Positions 29,505 to 38,907 of a stretch of 64,000 nucleotides of DNA are shown in pieces; position 1 is the first letter of the stretch; each line of letters begins with the position of its first letter. This DNA is from an uncultured Chloroflexia bacterium (GTDB taxonomy: Bacteria; Chloroflexota; Dehalococcoidia; GIF9; UBA5629). The translations under genes were made by a program, and so were the position numbers. The notes beneath the pieces are model-generated. The model searched no databases. It was given only the letters and a program-made list of their open reading frames with translations, and was not told the origin of the DNA. The stretch lies in contig CAVVVB010000003.1 in NCBI GenBank assembly GCA_963751585.1, positions 8,667 to 72,666 on the forward strand. Direction: 5' to 3'.

Positions 29505-31253
29505 CTTCTTATTGGTTTGCTTCCAGGTTTCCGCACTCTGCATTACGCCGCGGGCGTCGCTGAGCGATATCTCGGTGTAATTCGGGCCGGCGATCATGAC
29601 CGCCATCTCCTTTGTCCGCGACTCGCCTTCGAGTGTCTGAAGGGTGCTGACCGTGCGGTCGCCCGCACCATGCTTGTGCACGTTATAATGCGCGTCGGCG
29701 AAGGCAGCGATCTGGGGAAGATGGGTTACGCAGATAACCTGGCGATTCTGTGCCAGCGCCCACAGCTTCTTGCCTATTATCTCGCCGCTTCTTCCGCCCA
29801 CGCCGATGTCTATCTCGTCGAAGATAAGTATCGGGATATTATCCACCTCGGATAGAGCGCCTTTAAGCGCCAGGGTGAAGCGGGAGATTTCGCCGGTGGA
29901 GGCAATTTTGGTTATGGACTTTAACGGTTCCCCGGGATTGGTGGAAGCCGTGAACTCAACGAGGTCGACCCCTTCAGGAGTGAAGGCGTAAGTCTTTCCA
30001 TTCGGCAGGGGAATTCCTGTTTCCGCCTCCTCGCGGGTCATGGACACGTCGAATTCAACCTGCGCCATGTTCAAATCCTGAAGCTCCTTCTTCACCTCTG
30101 TCACCAGTTTGGCCGCCGCTTTCGAGCGCGCTTCGGAAAGTTGGGCGGCTATCCGTCCCATCTCCCCTCTGAGCTGCGAGCACATATTCACCAGTTCGGC
30201 CCGCCTTTCCGAAGAAAATGAGATGCTTTCAAGCTCCTTTTCCGTCTTCTCGGCAAAGCCCAGTATGTCAGCGATGGTCTGTCCGTATTTTCGCTTGAGA
30301 TTTTTTATCAGCTCCAGGCGTGTCTCCACCTCTTCGAGCCTGGCCGGATTATTCTCCAGTTTATCGCTGTAAGAGCGGATATCACGCGCCGCCTCTTCGA
30401 TGCCAAGCGCCGCCTCCGACAGGTAATTCAGTTGCTGGCCGAGCGTCGGGTCTAGCTGGACCAGTTTCTTCATGACTTCGACGGCTTCATTCAACCTGTC
30501 CAGAGCCGGAGATGAAGCCCCCGAGGCATCTTCTCTGGATAGGGCCTGATAGGCTTCATAAGACATCGCTCTCAGCTGCTCGGCCGATGACAGGATATTC
30601 CGCTCCCGTTCCAGCTCCTCTTCTTCCTCAGGTTGTAGTTTTGCTCGCTTTATTTCATCGAGCTGAAAGCCTAAGAATTCCTGCCGGCGGGCCATATCTT
30701 CTTCCTGTTCCGCCAGCGCCTTAAGCTCCTGTTCCAGCTGGTTCAACTCCGTGACCCTGGCGCTGAAGCTTTGGCGTAAGTCAGTGGTATGCCCGTAGGC
30801 GTCGAGGAAATCCAGGTGATATTTTCTGTCCAGTAGAGATAGGTGCTCGCTCTGGCCGTGGATATCAACCAGCAGCCGCCCGATTTGGCGCAGGACTGCT
30901 TTGGTCACGGCATGCCCGTTTACCCGGAGGACACTGCGGCCGCCCCTCTTGGATTCGCAGCTGATTACCAGGTTATCCTCGTCGGACCGGAGGCCCTTTT
31001 CGGCCAGCAGCTCTTTGAGCGGTTGCAGGCTTTCATTATCGGGCAAGGCGAAAACGCCTTCGATCAGGGCTTCGTTGCTGCCGTGGCGGATGACTTCATC
31101 ATCCACCTTGCCTTCCAGCAGCGTCTCGACGGCGTCGATGACCAGTGATTTGCCGGCTCCCGTTTCGCCGGTAATGACGTTCAACCCGCCGCCCAGGTTC
31201 CAGTCCAGGCTTTCGATGATTCCCAGTCCTCTGACTCTTAGTTCCAGTAGCAA
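29490..31253 (-). CDS. recN: DNA repair protein RecN
   Basis: 587 aa. N-terminal Walker A (GETGAGKS), a long coiled-coil, and the C-terminal signature and Walker B (LIFDEIDIGVGG). Confidence 0.95.
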   Translation of the reverse strand: MLLELRVRGLGIIESLDWNLGGGLNVITGETGAGKSLVIDAVETLLEGKVDDEVIRHGSNEALIEGVFALPDNESLQPLKELLAEKGLRSDEDNLVISCESKRGGRSVLRVNGHAVTKAVLRQIGRLLVDIHGQSEHLSLLDRKYHLDFLDAYGHTTDLRQSFSARVTELNQLEQELKALAEQEEDMARRQEFLGFQLDEIKRAKLQPEEEEELERERNILSSAEQLRAMSYEAYQALSREDASGASSPALDRLNEAVEVMKKLVQLDPTLGQQLNYLSEAALGIEEAARDIRSYSDKLENNPARLEEVETRLELIKNLKRKYGQTIADILGFAEKTEKELESISFSSERRAELVNMCSQLRGEMGRIAAQLSEARSKAAAKLVTEVKKELQDLNMAQVEFDVSMTREEAETGIPLPNGKTYAFTPEGVDLVEFTASTNPGEPLKSITKIASTGEISRFTLALKGALSEVDNIPILIFDEIDIGVGGRSGEIIGKKLWALAQNRQVICVTHLPQIAAFADAHYNVHKHGAGDRTVSTLQTLEGESRTKEMAVMIAGPNYTEISLSDARGVMQSAETWKQTNKKKRGK

Positions 31254-31299
31254 ACCCTGTCTCCTGCAACTGGTAATGTGGATAGCTTGAAATGCCGTT

Positions 31300-31316
31300 C
31301 ATATTTTACCACTTAT
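31300..31316 (-). promoter_or_regulatory. Possible LexA (Cheo-type) box upstream of recN
   Basis: On the recN strand the sequence reads TGAACGGCATTTCA, a single mismatch from GAAC-N4-GTTC. It lies about 50 bp upstream of the recN start. Confidence 0.3.
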
Positions 31317-31319
31317 GGC

Positions 31320-31800
31320 CGGGCAATGTAGGGGCCCCGATTTTGTCGGGGCCCGCAAACGCCGACGGACGGACATGAAGGTCCATCCCTACATCGTGTC
31401 ATTCAGAGGTCCCCCCCGATTCTATCGAGGCAATCGGGGGACCGAAGAATCTCGGTTGTGGGAGGGGATGCAGAGATTGCCACGTCCAGATTTCATCAGG
31501 ACTCGCAATGACGGGGAAATAGCAATCAATGTAGGGGCCCCGATAACAAATCGGGGTCCCTACAGCTGTAGGTTGTCTTCCCCTTAGGAAAAGGGGGCTC
31601 TAAAATCCCTCTCCATCTCCCTTTATGAAAGGGAGAAATCAGATGGTCTACAATGTAGGGGCCGACCTTTAGGTCGGCCCGTCCTCTCACCACCTCGGGC
31701 GGGCCTAAAGGCGCGCCCCTACGTCTCTATGTCCCCGATTGCATCGGGGCGAGGCAATCTCTAAATTGAGATCGCCACGGCGCTGCGCCCCTCGCGATGA
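31320..31800. repeat. Dense array of small palindromic and MITE-like repeat units (families TGTAGGGG...CCCTACA and GTCATTGCGAG...CTCGCAATGAC) in the recN-typA intergenic region
   Basis: Units at about 31347-31393, 31397-31515, 31549-31575, 31588-31640, 31651-31720 and 31738-31810. Close copies recur at 20940-21060, 33740-34085 and 45195-45595. Confidence 0.8.
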
Positions 31801-31901
31801 CGGAAAATTAATGATCGCCGTAATCTCTCCTCTATTTTTGCTTTTTGATCTTCTTTCGATTGGCTATTCGTACATGAAATCACTTAAAATATCTATTCGG
31901 A

Positions 31902-33737
31902 ATGAATTACAGAGACGACCTAAGAAACATTGTCATAATCGCGCACGTAGACCACGGCAAGACGAGCCTGATTGATATGATGCTGAAACAGAGCAAAGTC
32001 TTCCGTGATAACCAGCAGATGGGCAACCTAATACTCGACAGGAACGCCCTGGAACGGGAAAAGGGCATTACCATCCTGGCCAAGAACACAGCAGTCATGT
32101 ACCGCGGCGTAAAGATAAACATCATAGACACTCCCGGCCATGCCGATTTCAGCGGCGAAGTGGAGCGGGTCATGAACATGGCCGACGGCTGCCTGTTGCT
32201 GGTTGATTCCATCGATGGGCCCATGCCTCAGACCAGGTTTGTGCTGAAGCAGGCGTTGAGCAAGGGGCTGAAGCCGATCGTGGTCATCAACAAGATAGAC
32301 AGGGAAAACTCCAGGATAGCCGAGGTAGTCAATCTGACTCAGGACCTGTTTCTGGAACTGGCTACTGATGCCGAGCAGCTTGACTTTCCCATTCTATACG
32401 CCAGCGCCAGAGACGGTACGGCTACCACTGACCCGGAGAAAGAGGGCGAAGACCTTATCCCCCTGTTCGAAGCCATACTCGAAAAAGTCCCGCCACCCGG
32501 CATCGAGGCCGGCCCTTTCCAGATGCTGGTATCCAACCTCGACTACAGCAGCTATAAGGGCAAAATCGCCATTGGCAAAATCTACCGCGGCAGCGTCAAG
32601 CCGCATGATAAGGTCAGCGTAATCGCTGGAGATGGCAGCACGCAGAACTACGAGGTGGGCCAGGTGTTCACCTTTATTGGCCTGGAGCAACCGGAGGTGG
32701 AGGAGGCAACCGCGGGTGATATCGTGGCCATAACCGGCATTGAAACGGTAAGCATAGGAGATACGGTAACCAGCCCCGAACAGCCGGATGCTTTACCTCG
32801 CATAGAGATAGGCGAACCCACGTTGAAGATGATGTTCGGCGTGAATACTTCGCCGTTCGGCGGCAGAGAGGGGAAATACTGTACGTCACGGCAGCTCCGT
32901 GAACGGCTTTACCGGGAGCTGGAGACGAATCTGAGCCTTAAGGTCGAAGACACCGAAACCCCTGAAATTTTTTTGGTGTCCGGCCGGGGCGAGCTACATC
33001 TGGCCATACTTATCGAGACCATGCGTCGCCAGGACTACGAATTTGAAATCTCTAAGCCGGAAGTCATAACCAAAGAAATAGACGGCAAGCTTATGGAACC
33101 TGTGGAAGAGCTAACCATCGATACGCGTGAAGAACACGTGGGCGCTCTCATGGAAATCTTAAGCCCGCGCCAGGCCAAATTGGCCAATATGCGTAACGAT
33201 GGACAGGGCAATGTGCGGCTGGTGTTTCACATTCCCACGCGTGGTCTAATCGGCTTCCGCAGCATGTTTTTAACGGCTACCCGTGGTGAGGGCATTATGA
33301 GCACGCTGTTCCTGGGATATGAACCGTGGTACGGAGATATCATTTCCACTCGTAGCGGCATGCTGGTAGCCTCTGAAAATGGTACTGCTGTCACCTACGG
33401 ATTAAACAATGCCCAGGGAAGAGGCATAACCTTCATTGAGCCGGGCACGGCCGTATACGAAGGTATGATAGTCGGGATGAATTCCCGTGGGACCGACCTG
33501 GCAGTCAACGTGGCCAAAGAGAAGAAACAGACCAACATCCGTGCCTCCACAGCCGACATTGCTATTAAGCTGACGCCGCCGCTGAAATTCAGCCTGGAAG
33601 AAGCTCTGAGCATGATCGGCGACGACGAGCTCGTTGAGGTCACGCCCAGCAACATCAGATTGCGCAAGCGGCTGCTGACACAAAATCAACGTGCCAGAGC
33701 CCGCCATGCCGCCGGCAGGGAATCACAGTCAATGTAA
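31902..33737 (+). CDS. typA: Translational GTPase TypA/BipA
   Basis: 611 aa. G1 motif AHVDHGKTS, G3 motif DTPGH, G4 motif NKID, plus EF-G-like domains. Confidence 0.95.
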   Translation: MNYRDDLRNIVIIAHVDHGKTSLIDMMLKQSKVFRDNQQMGNLILDRNALEREKGITILAKNTAVMYRGVKINIIDTPGHADFSGEVERVMNMADGCLLLVDSIDGPMPQTRFVLKQALSKGLKPIVVINKIDRENSRIAEVVNLTQDLFLELATDAEQLDFPILYASARDGTATTDPEKEGEDLIPLFEAILEKVPPPGIEAGPFQMLVSNLDYSSYKGKIAIGKIYRGSVKPHDKVSVIAGDGSTQNYEVGQVFTFIGLEQPEVEEATAGDIVAITGIETVSIGDTVTSPEQPDALPRIEIGEPTLKMMFGVNTSPFGGREGKYCTSRQLRERLYRELETNLSLKVEDTETPEIFLVSGRGELHLAILIETMRRQDYEFEISKPEVITKEIDGKLMEPVEELTIDTREEHVGALMEILSPRQAKLANMRNDGQGNVRLVFHIPTRGLIGFRSMFLTATRGEGIMSTLFLGYEPWYGDIISTRSGMLVASENGTAVTYGLNNAQGRGITFIEPGTAVYEGMIVGMNSRGTDLAVNVAKEKKQTNIRASTADIAIKLTPPLKFSLEEALSMIGDDELVEVTPSNIRLRKRLLTQNQRARARHAAGRESQSM

Positions 33738-33739
33738 GT

Positions 33740-34085
33740 GTAGGGGCGTGTCTTCAGACCCGCCCGAAAACGCTAGCGGACGGACTTAAAGGTCCATCCC
33801 TACACCCGCCCGCAAATGCTCGCGGCCCCTTTTCTTGGTCATTGCGAGCCCCCCGATTTATCGGGGTAATCGGGACAGCCAACGTAGGGGTGTGCCCCAA
33901 TTGTCATTCCGAGGAGCCCCGACAAGTCGGGCGACGAAGGAATCTCGGTGGTGGGGGAATTCAGAGATCGCCACGTCCCCCGATTGTATCGGCGTCCTTC
34001 GCGATGACAAATAGAAATGTACGGCGGGTCTTCAGACCCGCCCGCCCGAGCCTTTTGCCGATTTATGCTAATATCTAAGCAACCA
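33740..34085. repeat. Second cluster of the same palindromic/MITE-like repeat families
   Basis: gtgtaggggcgtgtcttcagacccgcccg...ggacggacttaaaggtccatccctaca, and two units with GTCATTGCGAG / CTTCGCGATGAC termini. Confidence 0.8.
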
Positions 34086-34089
34086 AGAA

Positions 34090-34848
34090 ATGCCAGATAC
34101 TATCGAGGGCAGAAATCCCGTTATCGAGGCGCTGAAGAGCGGCCGCCCCATAAATAAGCTGTTGCTGGCCCGCTATGCCGTGCCGGGCTCGGCACTTTCT
34201 GAAATATTGGACCTGTCCCGGTCCAGAAAAATTCCCGTAGAGTTCGTGGAAAAGCGCTTCATTGAAAAGTTAGCCACGACTTCTGCTCACCAGGGCGTTA
34301 TTGCCTATACTGCGGTCAAGGAATACGTTACGTGGGAAGATCTACTGGCTATCTCCGGAGACAAAAATGAGCCACCCCTTTATTGTATCCTGGATGGCAT
34401 TGAAGATCCTTATAATCTCGGAGCCATCATCAGGACTGCAGAAGCCAGCGGCATTCACGGCGTGATCACCCGCTCCAGGAGAGCGGTGGGACTCACGGCG
34501 ACGGTGGCCAAGGCCTCGGCCGGTGCCGTGGAGTACGTGCCGGTGGCCAGGGTAGCCAACATCTCCCAGACGATGCTTGAGCTGGGGAAGAATGGTGTCT
34601 GGACCGTCGGCGTAGACCAGGCCGGCACGATTCCCTATAACCAGGTGGATTTCAAATTGCCCACGGCCATCGTGATTGGCAGCGAAGGTAAGGGACTATC
34701 GGAGCTGGTCAGAAAGAGGTGCGACTCTCTGGCGTTTATCCCTATGCAGGGCAGCATTACCTCGCTCAATGCCTCTATCGCTGCCGCCCTGGTGATGTAT
34801 GAAGCCTACAGGCAGAGGGGATGGCAGTCTTCGCAGTCCTCTAAATAG
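34090..34848 (+). CDS. rlmB: 23S rRNA (guanosine-2'-O)-methyltransferase RlmB (SpoU/TrmH family)
   Basis: 252 aa. An N-terminal L30e-like substrate-binding region and C-terminal SPOUT knot motifs (ILDGIEDPYNLGAIIRTAEASG, VIGSEGKGLS). Confidence 0.85.
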   Translation: MPDTIEGRNPVIEALKSGRPINKLLLARYAVPGSALSEILDLSRSRKIPVEFVEKRFIEKLATTSAHQGVIAYTAVKEYVTWEDLLAISGDKNEPPLYCILDGIEDPYNLGAIIRTAEASGIHGVITRSRRAVGLTATVAKASAGAVEYVPVARVANISQTMLELGKNGVWTVGVDQAGTIPYNQVDFKLPTAIVIGSEGKGLSELVRKRCDSLAFIPMQGSITSLNASIAAALVMYEAYRQRGWQSSQSSK

Positions 34849-34960
34849 CCATACGCCTGCCCGGATTGACATAACGAACACGAAGAATTTGGGATGCTCA
34901 GGTCCCGTAATCACCTAAACTTGCTTTCTGTATAATGAAGCAAAGAGAAAGGAGATAATA

Positions 34961-35356
34961 ATGTTATCAGGATCTTTACTCATGCTAGTTTTGGGCTTAA
35001 ATCTAATAGTGATGAAGTACGTGCTAAAGGTATCGGGTGCAGTTCCAGACGCAGCACGATGTGGGTTAGCCAAAAATGGGGCGATTCTCGCGTTCCTTGG
35101 AATAGTTGTATGGGGTCTGGGCATAGCTATGTGGGGATATAACTGGCAACTGCATCTTAACGATTGGAGTGATATAACAAAAGTGGGGGCCGCCATATTA
35201 GGCATCGGAGCTTCTTTGATAGTACGAACATATGGGCGTCGGCATGAAAGAATAGTGAACAGTGGTGCGTGGGCTGCAGTTGGGATTGGAATCCTGCTTT
35301 TCTTAGCTAATTTCGTTATACCATACGTAGTAAAGTCGCCCGGGACGTCTGGGTGA
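34961..35356 (+). CDS. Small integral membrane protein (4 predicted TM segments), hypothetical
   Basis: 131-aa ORF composed largely of hydrophobic stretches. RBS-like aggagataataATG upstream. Confidence 0.4.
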   Translation: MLSGSLLMLVLGLNLIVMKYVLKVSGAVPDAARCGLAKNGAILAFLGIVVWGLGIAMWGYNWQLHLNDWSDITKVGAAILGIGASLIVRTYGRRHERIVNSGAWAAVGIGILLFLANFVIPYVVKSPGTSG

Positions 35357-35409
35357 GCCAGCACTTCCGGCCTGTATTTACAGGCGTATCTTGGTCTTTA
35401 GACAATAGT

Positions 35410-36060
35410 TTACTCCAGCGGCATACGTAGTACCATCTTGGCCAGGTCCCAGCAGTGCTCGTACAGGTGAAGCCCCTTGCTGAAGGCTATAAGATTGCCG
35501 TCGTCCACCCCGATCTCTTTCGCCATATATTCTTTCAGCAGCTGCAGGCCGCCCAGGTTGGTGGGGAAACCGCCCCATAAGTCCCAGCTCCTGAAGTAGA
35601 GAATGAAGCTCAGTCGTCCGTCCTGCACCCTGGTATCCACTACCCTGAGACATGGCGGGTCTTTCAGGTAAATGCTGTTCCGGCTGCCGACGGTCATGCA
35701 CATCTGGTTGGTATCGAAGCCCAGCTTATAGCGCTTGATGACCTCGTCTATTTGCTCGGCCAGGTCTTCGCCGTAGGTGTACTCCTCGTTCTCCTGCTTG
35801 GCGGCCGTCATCAAATAAGACATATATTCCTCGATGACCTCATCCGTAGTCGGCGCCGGCACGCCGGAGGGCACGTCCGGCCGTAACGGTCTCACCCCGG
35901 GATTGCGGATGGTGATGGAAACAAGAGGTATCTCTTTGCGGTGCGTGCCCTCGAAACTCCCTTGCTGTATCAGATATGTCCTGCCCTCCAGCAAGGCCTT
36001 GTTGAGACATTGGAACCAGGCGTCTCCGATGGTGAGTGCCTGAATTGCTGTCAGCTCCAT
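35410..36060 (-). CDS. Thymidylate-synthase-family protein (short archaeal-type ThyA-like)
   Basis: Catalytic PPC motif and C-terminal half (PPCLRVVDTRVQDGRLSFILYFRSWDLWGGFPTNLGGL...GLHLYEHC). The ATG at 36060 (GGAGG RBS), internal to track ORF 35410..36192, gives about 216 aa. Confidence 0.7.
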   Translation of the reverse strand: MELTAIQALTIGDAWFQCLNKALLEGRTYLIQQGSFEGTHRKEIPLVSITIRNPGVRPLRPDVPSGVPAPTTDEVIEEYMSYLMTAAKQENEEYTYGEDLAEQIDEVIKRYKLGFDTNQMCMTVGSRNSIYLKDPPCLRVVDTRVQDGRLSFILYFRSWDLWGGFPTNLGGLQLLKEYMAKEIGVDDGNLIAFSKGLHLYEHCWDLAKMVLRMPLE

Positions 36061-36916
36061 GTGCAACCTCCGGTCGGGGGTTTTCTGGTAGCCATAAGTA
36101 TACCAAAAACCTTCTGCTGGCAGTACCCCGATGGCGGCACGCCAATCGGGGTCGGGGCCTACGGCCTTTCGCCCGGCATTTCGACAAGTCATAGATGCCT
36201 GGCAATAGCTATAGCTGGTTATCTGGTTTCTCGATTGTGCAATGAGTTGATTGCCGGTTGTAGATGGCGTTCAAAACTTCCAGTGTTTCACGGTTGGTAA
36301 TCTCTTTGGCAAGGTCCGGTGTTGATTGCACGGCATTGCCCCAAAGCCCTTTACAAATTTGACGGCAAATGCTATCGTTAATATAGAATCACGATGAGAG
36401 GCCAACCAAAGGGTTCCGTCCCGCGGTAATGCCTCTCTTTTTAGTTTAGCCTCTCTTATTGACTTCCCTACCATCGCTCACAATAATGAGCATGTACTCC
36501 ATGATTGGAGCATTAAGCAATAATTGCCTCTGCTGAGAGATTCATTGAGAAGTAGTGGTAATTCTGGGGATTAAGGAGAAATATCCTGAATATTGCAGTG
36601 TTATTTACTGCTTTCGCAGTATTTTGTACTGCATCACTTCCAGAAGTGAACAATGTCTTTGGGTACTCAACTGTGCTTGCGCCAGCCCGAAGCTCGTAAT
36701 ACCCTTTCAGAACCATCTTGTTATGGCTCACCTCCTGTGGCCCTAAAGTTTACTTAGAGAAATATCACATAAGCGGACCAATAGCCACGATTATCATGCA
36801 ATTTTCACCACCACGCCAATTGTCATACGTCTTGTCGGCGAGCTTTCGACGTTGTAGAATAGGGCAATCTGAAAAGAGTTGAAAACCGACACCGCAGCTT
36901 TGTCGAAGAGAGACAA

Positions 36917-38224
36917 TTGGCAGCTCTTGGGAGATTGATCTTGAGTCAAACAGTTTTAAGGAGAGAATTACCAGTATCAACTGACGAAAAGGCATTAATA
37001 CGAGGTTTTATCTTTGCCTGCACCCAAAACAGCGAGCGCGAATGCCTAAGTAGACTTCTCTTCGCGACGGAGAAATTGTATGGACCAGTGGTTATCAGAA
37101 TAAGGGAAGGCGATCTACTTTTTTTGCATAACCTAGATACAGGAATTTTGCATGGGGTATTCAAGGCAGTATCGAATGGCAGTTTCAACATCCAGGCTAA
37201 CGCATTCGGGGGAAGGTATCCTTACCAAGTTAGAGTTGAACCTATTGGAGAAACGATAAAGATTGCCGGCGCAGAAAAAATACTAAAATACTTTGGTGTG
37301 AATAGGAACAACCCTCTATTCAGAAAGAAACTGTCAGATTTGTTGGCTGCTTTTATTCAGCCTGGCCAACCCGCTCTTGAGACTATGTCAAATATGAATT
37401 CCACGAGGGATCTAATAGCACGTGAGATAGAGAATATACGCAGTAGCGGGGCCAAAATAGACATTGATGATGAAATATCCCTAATCGAGGCTACAACCTT
37501 TTGGGATTTTCCTAGACAAAGCTACGGCCTAACCTCAAAAGGTGATAATAGATATGCTGGTGTCACTCCTGCCTTAATAATATACAATCTCGTGTGGAGA
37601 TATACTGCGCCCGACGATCTCGTTGTTGATCCTATGTGTGGGAGCGGTACAACGATCGACGTTTGCAAAGAAGAAAAAAGAAGGGTAATCGGATATGACA
37701 TAAAGTCGACAAGGCCGGACATTATCAAGAATGACGCGAGGCATATACCTCTTGATGATAATTCCGTGGATATGGTTTTTATAGATAGCCCTTATGGCGA
37801 TAATATCAAATATAACGAGGAGTCAGCTAACATAGGTAATATTTCAAGCGAGTCAGATGAATTCTACGACGAGTTAGAACAGGTAATGAGGGAATCACGT
37901 AGAATTTTAAAGGAAGGCAAGGTATTGGGTTGGTTGATCGGCGACCAATGGGTTAAGAAAAAGTTCACCCCTGTTGGTTTTAAGATATACGAGAGGTTGT
38001 GCAAGCACTTTGAACCTGTTGACATGATTTGTGTTTCAAGAAGAGGCCAATCCTCCAATACAGGAGTGTGGCAGAACAGGGCAAGAAGGTTTAATTTCTA
38101 CCTGAGGGGATTCAAGTATTTGATCATAGTACGAAAGATAACCGCTACGAATATTTCAGAGAAGCCCCGAAAGATTACATGGGGGAGATATGCTAGAGGT
38201 GGGGAGACGAACAATGAATATTGA
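36917..38224 (+). CDS. DNA methyltransferase (N6-adenine/N4-cytosine class) with an N-terminal DCD/PUA-like domain. The start codon is uncertain.
   Basis: C-terminal MTase motif I (VVDPMCGSGTT) and motif IV (FIDSPYGD). The N-terminal 200 aa (GFIFACTQNSERECL...LFLHNLDTGILHGVFKAVSNG-FNIQANAFGGRYPYQVRV) match the DCD-domain consensus. Confidence 0.85.
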   Translation: MAALGRLILSQTVLRRELPVSTDEKALIRGFIFACTQNSERECLSRLLFATEKLYGPVVIRIREGDLLFLHNLDTGILHGVFKAVSNGSFNIQANAFGGRYPYQVRVEPIGETIKIAGAEKILKYFGVNRNNPLFRKKLSDLLAAFIQPGQPALETMSNMNSTRDLIAREIENIRSSGAKIDIDDEISLIEATTFWDFPRQSYGLTSKGDNRYAGVTPALIIYNLVWRYTAPDDLVVDPMCGSGTTIDVCKEEKRRVIGYDIKSTRPDIIKNDARHIPLDDNSVDMVFIDSPYGDNIKYNEESANIGNISSESDEFYDELEQVMRESRRILKEGKVLGWLIGDQWVKKKFTPVGFKIYERLCKHFEPVDMICVSRRGQSSNTGVWQNRARRFNFYLRGFKYLIIVRKITATNISEKPRKITWGRYARGGETNNEY

Positions 38225-38885
38225 AGATCTGTTTAAAATATATCAGACCAAGAAGGCCCAATATGGCGCTGAAGCGTACAGACACATATCAAGCGTTCTG
38301 AAGGAAGCCAAGAAGCAGCACGAAAAGGAGTTTACGGGTGTTGATCACGAGCAATCTTGGAAAGGGTTCAAAGGTAATGCATTAGAGGGTTTAATCTTAC
38401 ACATAATAAATGATGAAATAACGAGCTTGGGACTGAAAATAGTGAAGGGCAAGAAATTTGAAAGAACTAAGCCTGAAAACTTATCAACCGAACTTAAACA
38501 CGTTAAGAAGAACTTGTCGATAGATTTTGGCAAGTTCGGATTTCATACCCCCGATGTGGACTTAGTTATTTTTGATCCGAAGACATATAAAGTAATAGCC
38601 GTTCTCTCGAGCAAAGTGACCCTGCGCGAAAGAATCACGCAAACGGCTTACTGGAACTTGAAGATGAAGAATTACGAGTTAACGAATCACATAAAGGTTT
38701 ATTTCGTTACTCCTGACGAAGATGGGACGCTTACGATTGCGAATCCGGCTAAGAAGGGAAGAGTAATTGTTGAAGTCGACACCGACGGAAGCTATGTACT
38801 GAGTGAGAATGAGGTGGAAGAAAGCGACAAGGTGAAGATGTTTGATAGGTTTATTGATGATCTGAAACGTGTCTCAAGGAAGTAG
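38214..38885 (+). CDS. Putative restriction-endonuclease-like protein (PD-(D/E)xK candidate) partnered with the MTase
   Basis: About 224 aa. The ATG at 38214 overlaps the MTase stop. A candidate active-site region is HTPDVDLVIFD...VLSSKVTLRER. No recognisable family otherwise. Confidence 0.4.
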   Translation: MNIEDLFKIYQTKKAQYGAEAYRHISSVLKEAKKQHEKEFTGVDHEQSWKGFKGNALEGLILHIINDEITSLGLKIVKGKKFERTKPENLSTELKHVKKNLSIDFGKFGFHTPDVDLVIFDPKTYKVIAVLSSKVTLRERITQTAYWNLKMKNYELTNHIKVYFVTPDEDGTLTIANPAKKGRVIVEVDTDGSYVLSENEVEESDKVKMFDRFIDDLKRVSRK

Positions 38886-38907
38886 ATGACCCTGTAGGGC
38901 GGCGACT

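Noticed and set aside
31320-31800. A possible CRISPR array, given the many short near-identical palindromic repeats in one intergenic region
   Set aside because: The units are heterogeneous in length (27 to 120 bp), strongly palindromic, not regularly spaced by unique spacers and occur in both orientations. No cas genes are present in the window. The pattern fits REP/MITE-like elements.
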